Made by a program: the position numbers and the translations under genes. A stretch of DNA of 60,884 nt, counting the filler, from Catajapyx aquilonaris (Eukaryota), in NCBI GenBank assembly GCA_000934665.2. It is 2 parts of 2 records of this genome, joined end to end, with 100 filler letters (N's around TTAATTAATTAA, not from the genome) between each part and the next. Parts side by side here need not be neighbours in the genome. Positions count along the whole stretch, not along the records: positions 30,551 to 60,884 come from JYFJ02004648.1; 1 more part is not named here. One strand, given 5' to 3'. Positions 51,331 through 60,884 of this stretch are shown one piece after another; the stretch's first letter is position 1; the number at the start of each line of letters is the position of its first letter. Under the pieces are notes generated by a model that had not been told where the DNA came from, searched no databases, and saw nothing but the letters and a program-made list of their open reading frames with translations.

Positions 51331-51749
51331 TGAAGATGTTCTCATTCTCGCGAGAACAAGTAATTTGCTTGGTGCATACTTTTATTTGGACACGGCAATT
51401 TTGTGTGTCCATGAACTAATGTTGATAATCCCATTTCTCCACCGTCCCCATCCGTGATTCACCCTCTTCCCGACCAACCTCTTCTTCCACCTTCCGCCTC
51501 CTAATATGTCCCGAACTTTCAGACGGAGCGGTATCCTCATGTACCGGGGAGATTCCTGCTCTAAGAATGTCTTATTACGCACAATTCGTGCACACCTTAT
51601 CCGGACCAGACTCGTCGCGTCGTTGTCTTAATAATTGCACGTCGAACACTCCTGAAAAGCAGTGACTCGGTCGTAAGTGGGGTTTAATAAATGTTTAATT
51701 AATATACATACAATGGACAGTATAATGAAAAGCAACAGGTAATCCATTT

Positions 51750-52420
51750 AATTCAAAGGGACATCGATATGCGGAATGCATCTGTTGTTGTTGATCCAGC
51801 GAACACGATAGTTCCCTTTAGTTTTTGCTGGAGATTTTTCATGTTTTTCCGGCTCCGGAGGAAATAATGATCGGTGATATCACACCGTCCAGGGTGGATC
51901 AGGAATGTTATGTCCTGTGGCGCACACTTTGGTAAGAGGCTTCCGCTATTCTTTGGCGTAATGATGACCTCATAAGTGGTATATGACTATAGGTTTGGAG
52001 CATAATGATGAAGCATTGTACGTGGAAATTATCTGGATTGTGTTCAAACATTTCCTGAAAATAAACTGCTTGGTTATTGCATCAGAATCTTGCCTTGATC
52101 TTCCCAATTTATAGGAAGGAAAAGACGATGTTCAGACTTCTGGTGCTGACTCACGGGTCTATGTACTGTCCCATGGTCATTGGGTTTGGGTACTCGTCGG
52201 CAACAGCTAGACTCAGACTCCCGAGGTGCAAGCAAGTAGAACTTACTCTGCAGAAAAATGAGATCAAATCGAAGGTTTTTCTAGTTTCCTTTAAAAGTTC
52301 TGTTATCTCAACTATCTCATTCAGAGATATTGAACTGATCAGGCCAAATTATCGAATGGTGCCCAAGTAAGTACCTCCAGAAGCTTGATGACATAACCAA
52401 TACTCCTTTGCCATGTCATC
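51750..52420 (-). pseudogene. Zisupton/KDZ-like relic, copy G
   Basis: HQASGGTYLG, LLKETRKTFDL, HHYA, AE...TFL..HYFLR. The DNA TTGGAGCATAATGAT is shared with 48548-48562. Confidence 0.45.
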
Positions 52421-53264
52421 ACCAAAAAATTGACTGCTGTTGCCATTGCTCCATATTCTTCTACTTCGAGTGTCCGGTTGTGTAATGTATTACTGCTCTT
52501 AGAGATCCGGATGGTGACGATTCGTATTTTTCAGGCTTCCCAGTTTTAGGAAAGCCGTTGTTCATTACTCACATCTGGTCATGGTACCTCGGACAGATGG
52601 TGACGCTTGCTTTTGCCTTGACTCATTGCATTGATTATGTTGCGAATTTTGTTTTGTGTAATTATATGACTGATAGCAGTTTTGTGGACAATACTGACAC
52701 AGAAACTTGAGAAGGCACCAATTACGAAGGAATTCACGTGACAGTTGTAATGATAATAATTCTCTGGGAGAAATATGCTATGTAGCGAACAAAATTTACA
52801 AATGGTATTGTTGAGATGCCAGATGATTGTGTGGTATTATTAACTTAATTGTAATTGTTATACCCGTACTTGGATGGATTTTCAGATCTAACGCAATTCT
52901 ATAGGAGAGAAACATTTGGCCAACGAGTAGGGGGCGTCACATTGCAATAAGATGAAACATCAGATGTAGAGTAGCTGCATGCTATTCTGTCTGTCTCTCA
53001 CCACGGTGGTAATGTCACGAATAGCGGGGATCATGGAGGGAAAAAAATCAGCCAACAACGAAGGAGAGCGAGAAAATAATTGGGAAACGATCAATTTTCC
53101 AAGTACAAAAAAATGAGTATTATTCAGCTAAATTGTACCACGAATTGGAACGAGAGAACCATCTACAGTCATCCTCTAGGATGTGAGTATAACTAAAGGT
53201 CTCCACACGTTCTCTTGTGGTCGTCCAATTCTTCAATTCCGGCAGTACTTGTGCCGTCTGGTGG

Positions 53265-53500
53265 TGACCCATGCTACATGCACTACTTGGTCGTATGAAT
53301 CCTTTGGCGAGCAGTTCAGATAATTGCCTCTCAATTCTGCCAGTTCAGATATGATGTTGAAGGCTGTACAGTACACGGTACTGCAACATGGTTAGGCATC
53401 AGGAACCAATTGAATGTCGTTCTCCATGCTGCGAGATGGAGGAAGTCCAGGTGGTGATTCCTCAGAAATACATCGGCAAACTCCGTAGTGTTCTTGAAGC
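53265..53500 (-). pseudogene. Ty3/Gypsy pol fragment (start of reverse transcriptase)
   Basis: EFADV(F)SEESPPGLPPSRSMENDIQLVPDA ... ERQLSELLAKGFIRPSS. Confidence 0.88.
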
Positions 53501-54186
53501 AACCAAGTACATCACACGCCACTACCTTTTTCCTTGTCTCTTCTTGCTGCCACGCCGTGTAACTGCCTTGCCGTTACATGTTTATCTTTCATATTTTACT
53601 GTCGATTCAGGTGAGACGATATTTTGCCTCCTTACACATTCCGTTTTGTCTAGGTGCCTTTTGAACACTTAATTTCGTCGCAGTGATTCATTATACGGTA
53701 TACATACTCTATACACTTTGCGCGACTAATGTTCCAGCCAAGTACACCCAACGATACTTGACCTGACTGACCATCGCGTCTCTGCTGTAAGGCAGGGTGT
53801 GTGGGGTTTATTGTAGGCAATGTGTCGGTTACATTTTCTGTACATTGGCCTTCCTCTTCTTGTCTGATTTCTTGCCCTAATTAAATTTTAGGAGAATATA
53901 TAAGGTGGGGTAATTCGTAACAGTAGTCAATGTACTTGCCATGGCCTTCCTTACTGCGTCTACTACACTCATCTTACTAATTTAATGGCCAGTTAGAACA
54001 TCACAAAAGCGTGTAAATGGCCAATTTTTGTGCGGGTATTGACTACCTAATATTGTATATGATGGGATTAATGATTTAGGTGTCAGCAGCTTCTCCGCAT
54101 TCTTTTGTCTGTGTCTGTTATTGCAGGTTATTCGACACGTTAAAATTCCTGAGCCATAGAGAAGCTTCTTGTGCTGTCTGTTAGAG

Positions 54187-54412
54187 CAGTCCTTTCCAAC
54201 CTTTTTCTGGTCGCGATCCCCTTTTCTGATAGTCAACTAACCTGCGACCTCCCACCCTCCCTCCCCCGAGCGTTAGTAGGTGGTTAAAAAATCCTTCGCG
54301 ATGAAATTTCCAATAAAATTTATTTTAGTAATTTTTTAATTTATAAAAATTACCGCGGCCACACGCGACCCCCCCGGAAAAGGCTTCGCGATCCCCAGGT
54401 TGGGAACAACTG
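54187..54412. mobile_element. hAT-Charlie-type MITE
   Basis: TIRs are CAGTCCTTTCCAACCT / AGGTTGGGAACAACTG. The 8-bp TSD TGTTAGAG is perfect (54179-54186 and 54413-54420). Confidence 0.92.
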
Positions 54413-54429
54413 TGTTAGAGAGTTGAATA

Positions 54430-55350
54430 AAAGTTGATTCCTACTTTATTCCCTTGGCACTTCCTGTTAAGCCTTACAGGGGACTTGGGTGAAAGAATGC
54501 ACCGAGATCCTCACCCCAGTTAGTTTCTTTGAAGGAAAATGTCATATTGTCTCAATGGCTTGTGGCCGTCCACATTTCACAACATTGCAATGATGAAATG
54601 AAATCCAAACACCAAGATATTAATCAACCAGAATAGCGTTATAAACTCCAAATAAATAAGTCCATTCATGTTGCAACTAATTTCCAGAATAAGAACAAAA
54701 GCATAGGAATGAAATGTAGTTCTCCGGCAGCTTCTGATCTTCATTTATCATCAAGGGTGTTTGTACGTAGGCCACATTCTAATGTTATCAAGAAATACAT
54801 AATAATTCAGAAATGGAGTACAAGTATTAATTTCAGCCTTAAGTCCCGCGTGTATTTGTAATATACTTTAAAAGCTAATGATTTAGTGCTTGCTGAAAAT
54901 TTTTTGTTTTGGGAGCAGAGCAGCGCCGTCATTTCATGTCATTGCTTTCCAATACGCGGTTGAAATCTCTCTTGGGTGCGCCCTATAGCGGTGTATGTAA
55001 TCTCGGTATCTGTTTCGTGGCATTCTTTGAGTCTACACTGGCATAATGTATTGACAATCCAGAGGTTGGTCAATGTGATACGTTAGGTTTTCTGATCCAG
55101 AAGCTTGAGTAGGTATGACAGAGGCTTCCCTGCACAGTGCGTATGTTTTCTTGACGTGGGATAAGCAGTACTCGTCAGACATTGGTCACAATGATTATTT
55201 GATCTGCATCATTAGACTCTTTTTTTCACAATGGAGCTCGTCTTCCTCTTTTTGGAAATGGGTTCGCTTCATGTCTAGCGCACCAGGGAAGGTGGCCAAA
55301 GCCACATGACCTAAGAGAGCCCCACCTTGGGCAACGATTTCGTTCACAAT
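54430..55350 (-). pseudogene. Degraded retroelement integrase
   Basis: LGHVALAT..LHCEK (HHCC-like), MSD..LC..PTQASGSE (core), and a possible GPY/F-region piece, in order. Confidence 0.4.
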
Positions 55351-55826
55351 ATGAATCATAGCTTTGATTTTTGTTAACACACCGAAACATGTACGTCTTC
55401 ACTAATGTGCGAAAAAGGGAATGCTAACACTGGATCATATTTAGATAAGACTTGTCTTACTGTGCATGAACTCACTAGAAATCGTTGTACAATTTTCTAC
55501 TGGATATGAATGAAATTCACTGTATATGGGTCCCTCTCTGGTTGTTAAACACGGTTTCTTCATGTGAAAGACGAATGAGCTGGATATTTCGGGAATATTC
55601 GGAAATCTGGATGCTGAACGTACCCCTGCGTACTGTGCTGCTTCATGTGCAGAGGACTACCCTCAAAATGATGGAAATGAAGCGAGGAGACCCGTGTCCG
55701 CTCCAGGGCCACTTACCTGCTTCTGTCATGCTCATCGGAGGATGGGTTCATAATCATTAGCTAATGTTTTGTATGTGTTTCCTCATGAATGCCTCATGCT
55801 GCATCAATATTCCCTATGCCTTGTAA

Positions 55827-56060
55827 TTACGAAAATATAAGCACCCATTTTTTTGGTTGCCGGATGATGAGGTGTATGTCGTCCACTGCGCCACAGCACA
55901 TGGGAAACTGATACCTGGCTTTAAAAATCTTGTGATATTTTGATGAAATCGTCAGCAGTTGGATTCTGAGGAAGGCGCTTAAGGTGATAATGGAGTACCG
56001 TAGTTCATTCAATAACTGGTCAAATGTGTCGGGTGACAACCTAAGAATTTTCTGAAATAG
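55827..56060 (-). pseudogene. PIF/Harbinger transposase N-terminal fragment
   Basis: SPDTFDQLL and FKARYQFPMCCGAVDDIHLIIRQP match FPxCxGAxDGxHxxIxxP. Confidence 0.85.
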
Positions 56061-56624
56061 TCAACCCTTACCAGGGTTCTCACCTTCCTGAGTGGCTCTC
56101 TGTCTCATGACTTGAATCTGCTCAGGAAAATGGCCCTGATAATGCGAAAAATGGCCAGCAAACACGAGCTGGATATTTCATGAGATTGAAATGTGAAACG
56201 TTTTCATTAATCTCAAAGAATTAAATGTACGGCTTCCCATACTGCCAACGAAACCTTATGTACTGCACAGCGTCGTCAACAGACCCTACGCGCTTATCAA
56301 TTAATTAACGTGTTAGGGAGAGGCTGTTACATCTTTGGCGAATTTGTGTCTTGGTTTTTCATTATTATACACTATGCGTATGATGTATGCTGAACTTGTG
56401 TTTTGCGCTGTTACCTTACATTTCCCAGTGTTTTGTGAGGCCGTGTACCTGATCATCCAATGTGTCCATTTATAGTGAAAAATTGACTGTACTGCATGAT
56501 CAGCAAGAGTCTTGCGAACTTACTGGTCTTGAACACGGTTCATTTAGTATTTTAAATAAAACAATGCGATTAAATATATTTCCATGAGATACTGCTGTAA
56601 TTTTAAAATATTTCATAAATCTGC

Positions 56625-56712
56625 ATAATACTTGTGAAGTGTGTAATAATACTTGTGTGTAGTACTTGTGTGTAGTACTTGAAGTGTGTAATAATACTTG
56701 TGAAGTGTGTGA
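56625..56712. repeat. Minisatellite
   Basis: Variants of ATAATACTTGTGAAGTGTGT / AGTACTTGTGTGT in tandem. Confidence 0.85.
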
Positions 56713-57479
56713 AGATATGTTCTATACGAAAAGCTATTTTAAGGTGTAGCTATTATTACTACTTTCCAAAAAGCAGTGATTTGCACCCGTACACTTCGGA
56801 AGTAGAGATCAGTTGCAATTATTGGAATAATTCTGATTACTGATCGGTCGTCAGCGGGAGAATAGATGAGCTTCTTCATGCAGTTATATTTTTTTTGTAA
56901 GTCCCTGATTTGTGATTGCACAGAAAGCATGCTTTTTGTTATGTATTTTTTTCTTTCCCTCTCATAGAAGAAAATTTGTTCCGTGTTCGGCGTGTCCTCT
57001 GTAATGTTCTGTCATTTTTGGGAATTGAATAAATCCGGGTGCTGATGTTTGTCTGCCTCAGGAGCCTTTGACCTTGATTATTACAAATTAAGCGGCATAG
57101 GAATGAACTCGACGGCCGCAGAGTAACCTCTGGTGTGCCAGCCTTAGTCATTATGGTTATCAGTAATGCATTTTAATAAGAGAGGTGCTGTGTTTCTCGA
57201 GCAGTAGCCAGATTATTGATCGTGATTGTTGGCAATCGCCGCTCCGGAGTAGCAGTCTCATGATTATTTTAAACTCGAAAAGCGCAGGCAAGGGGCTGCA
57301 CACTCCTTGGAGTGGAGGTGATGTCTTGCTTGGTTTCTAAACAAAGTCATGAGTATAATACAGTGTTGGCTCTGTTGATAATAATTCGGACTTGTTTATC
57401 AAACGATGCACATATAATCATATGTTGAAGTAATAATTCTTTCCAATAGGCATTTGACGGTATAGTATATCCACGTGGA

Positions 57480-60300
57480 AAATTAGCTTCCTACGATGAT
57501 GTCGTCCTTAGTAGAAGTTGATAGTGTAGTTCAGGATATGACACATTTGCATTCTGCATCGCATGCAATATATTAATACAATCAGGGGCATGAGTATTCC
57601 TAATATGGTCGATGCGTATGGGATGTTAATTTCCTCTTCCTTCGCCAAGCGTTGCATTGGTCGTGCTTCGTCCTTCTTGACATGTGTAGGTGTGGATATG
57701 ATTCTTCGAGCTTCAGTCACGGATGACTTCATATAAAGTGTGATAAAATCAATATTCATCGCATTTTTTTTGGATCAATGTCCTCTAGGAAGTGGTCATT
57801 TTTCGCATCCCATGAGAAAATGGGGGACAGAATGTGTACTATTTTGCAGCACCAAGATGTCTTCGGATGTTTAAATTCATGAAATGGTATGTGTTCCAAT
57901 GCAGTGATGTGATATTCTGCCTCTTAACTAGACCACGAGAAGAGGAAGGAATAATCACCATTAGTTTTCGTTCTGCACGCGCTTTAAGAAGAGCGTTTCG
58001 GATTCGCACAATAATTCCAATATCTACTTGCAATGTCACTAATTTAATGCCTTGAACTGATTCAAGCAAAATAATTTCATAAGCACTTAAATGTGTCACG
58101 CATATTATGTGCCGAATTTTCAGTCGAACATTACGAATCTTCTCAGTAGCAAATATTGCATGCTCTCTTGTTGATTGTTGAACTCAGCTGTTCTCCTCAT
58201 TCATCTTGGAGCTGTACGATACACTCGATGTGATGAAAGTGTTACATCTCTTCGCTGCTCTCATGGCACCTGTTGGACAGCTCGGAAGTGAAGTGATGTG
58301 AAGTACTTCAACTAGTCTTCTGATTAGTCCGGTGTATTCACTACTGCCTAGCTGCATTTGCCACTGGGCAGTCGCGGAGGTAATGGCACCTGGATGCTCT
58401 CACTCGCGTTCAAAATAGTGCAGGTCATTCAGATTTGCATAAGAAAATACAGGTTGTGCATGGTGTGACTGAAGATTATGAGAACTTACGGATCACTGTA
58501 GCACTTACTATACGCTTACATACGTCTACAGGTGTATCAGCCACATTTTCAGGGTTTGCTGATGCATTTGAACGTGTCACCCACTCCTCATCATCTGCGT
58601 CGTTCCCAGCATCTTCGTATTGTCCTCCCTGCGCTCCTTGTTGGTTTCTCATCATTTGACATTTACATTGATGTGGGGGAGTTGAATATAAAATGTACAA
58701 CATAAAATAAAAGAATAAAATAAGTGCATCATGTACATTGCTGCGGCGCGACATACTTTCCATCATCTCCGTCTTGATTTAGTTTCCATTTTATCTGAAA
58801 TGCTGATCTCGAGTCGAAGACACCCATCCAGAAGCTAAGTCGCCCTTTCCTTATTAAGGATTTATTTCTCCATCAACTCATGTGATGTTGAGTGTGCATG
58901 TTTATTGGGATGTTTATTGTTAATCGTAACTGGATCATACCGTTGTGCAGTGTCTTGTGAAGTTCTCTGCGATCTACTGCAGTTGGTGATGAATCATGTT
59001 GTAGGTTCCCAAGTGTCATGAAGATTTGTTTTCTACTATTATGCACACGTGGCTGTTTTGGTCAGATAGCTGGAACAAGCCAAGTGATCTAACTTTTACC
59101 TTCAGGCTTTGTCTACACCACGGCCTGGTATAATATACCGTACAAGGTCATCCCGAGTGATGGTAGGTTCACCTTGATCAAACTGCAACTACTTCTGAAG
59201 CTTGTTCGCCTCATGTAGATTTTGGATCTGCTCTTCGTTGTTGGCTCGCAAGTCGGGAAGAATATCTGACCACTTTTACCTTTGGTTGTGGCCTGTGTAA
59301 TAATATGGAGTTTTGAGATTAATTAAAATCCGACCGGAACACCTTCCGTCGACCACAGACAAGAACCATGCCGGAGAGAATCAAATATTCAAGATTATTG
59401 ATCGCGTGAACTAGTAGTACTGCGATTTTCTAAGCATCTATGTCATTGACTCGATATTACAAGGGTTTGTCTTTTAAGATGTGCAACTCGGACCACTTTT
59501 TTTTTCTCAGCCCTCCCTTATCTTCGTGTCTGCTACGGGGTGACCAATATGACTTGGCTGGTACTTTATTGGAAAGGAAACGTCGTTCTTTTGGTCTGTC
59601 AACATTGGATGCGTTGTGCCCTTTTGGGTTATGTGCCTGCAAAGCTCTAATCCAAATGAGCCCCGTGCGTTTTAAATTGTCGGGCAAGTGCAATGGTCGC
59701 TGCTTCCGTTTTATTACATATACCATTAACTGGGCAGTTAACAACCAAATTCTAATATTTTCATCTGCTACGACCCAGTATCACTGTGCTTACTGGGACG
59801 CACAGAATGTAGTTTCCAGCAAGTTCATTTCTATCAGTTCCTGACCAGGCAAGGTCTGGATGACGAGCAAGTTACTTCCACATTATTTTAGTCAGTCACA
59901 AACGTGTGTTGAAAAAGAAAAGACCCAGACCCCATGTTCTGCTTCATCAGTCATTCATGGGGTTAAAAACCTGATGTTAAAAGTTGAGGGATGTGTGCGG
60001 ATACTAATCCTGGTGGACATAAGCGTGATGTATTTTTCCTACATTTATTTGATGATTAACAGAGCAAGTGTTGGTCATTGAAATATCACCCCATTTAAGT
60101 GCAAGTCAGCTCGTACTCAGCTTCACTCGAAATTTTCTTCTACTGTGATAATCATAACACACCGCAGCCAATGCCGCAATCAGTGATAAATATTCTTGAC
60201 AATAAAGTTGAAATGTGTCCTTTTTATCGGATTCAATAATTACATCTGTAAGAAATGAGGCACATGCGATTAAACTAGTGATAGTTCAATTCAATCACTG
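57480..60300 (-). mobile_element. Old Gypsy-like element: RT/RNase H relic followed by a possible env relic
   Basis: HP.FN.RF...TD..HG.W (RNase H start, ~59930-60000), KWSDILP (~59255-59278), and downstream a hydrophobic anchor-like STILGILMPLIVLIYCMRCR. Confidence 0.35.
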
Positions 60301-60522
60301 GTAAGAGAATGACGAGATTGTTTCCTTACATCTAAGATCCCTTACTTCCCTGGTTGTTATCCATTGGGAGATGCTACAATCATATAGCCGCAGAGGCTAA
60401 TATGATGTCATGCTTTATCCTTCATAAGTGTGGTATATGTTTCTTAGCTAAACAGAAGCTCCCAGACAGCTGGAGTACGTCGATAGTAACAGTAACTTCA
60501 ATTTATCGATTGATACTGGCTA

Positions 60523-60816
60523 CCCTTACCGAAATTTTCTCTACCTCGCGGCGAGGTCGTCAGACGAGCTTATGGCCACCCAACCGCATACTAGCGGTCG
60601 TTTCATTTCGCTATGTCGCGGGCGAAGTCGCGGCGAGGTGGCGGTCGGCGAGGTGGTCGCAAGGTGGCGGTGGCGAGGTGGCCACCTCGCCAGCCGAGGT
60701 AGTCGCGAGGTACCCACCTCGCGACCACCTTGCCAGCCGAGGTAGTCGCGAGGTACCCACCACGCGACCACCTCGCCACTATATTGTTATTATATATAAA
60801 TTAATTTCGGTAAGGG
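60523..60816. mobile_element. CCC...GGG-terminated MITE with GC-rich internal repeats
   Basis: Perfect 14-bp TIR CCCTTACCGAAATT / AATTTCGGTAAGGG. The interior is built of GCGAGGT / ACCTCGC motifs in both orientations plus a tandem ~42-bp duplication. Confidence 0.75.
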
Positions 60817-60884
60817 GACCTCGTCATGACGAGCTTGCCGCTACTTGGCGCCGAGCAAGTCACACTGGGGATGGGGAAGTGGCT

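Noticed and set aside
56625..56712. Short repeats as a CRISPR array (also 27554-27722)
   Set aside because: There are no unique spacers of regular length and no cas genes, and the context is eukaryotic.

Overview
Eukaryotic DNA, most likely insect: it has canonical GT-AG intron signals and a ZAD-C2H2 zinc-finger remnant, and no intact protein-coding gene was found. An artificial spacer (44 N + TTAATTAATTAA + 44 N, 30451-30550) joins two contigs. Positions 1-7.3 kb hold palindromic MITEs, including a 2.2-kb foldback with two further MITEs nested at its apex, then a CpG-rich candidate promoter and apparently non-coding spliced exons on the + strand. From about 8.5 kb to the end, the window is a dense mosaic of decayed coding fragments from many mobile-element superfamilies: Transib x3, Harbinger, SWIM-YqaJ, P, Sola2, CACTA, Helitron, Dada x2, Tc1, MULE/NOF, an array of Zisupton/KDZ copies, Polinton, and Gypsy. 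Every transposon coding fragment I could identify lies on the minus strand, mostly as catalytic-core pieces fused without terminal repeats. This resembles a uni-strand (flamenco-like) piRNA cluster that archives mainly DNA transposons. All family calls come from manual translation and motif recognition, not database searches, and relic boundaries are approximate (about +/-100 bp unless TIR/TSD positions are given).
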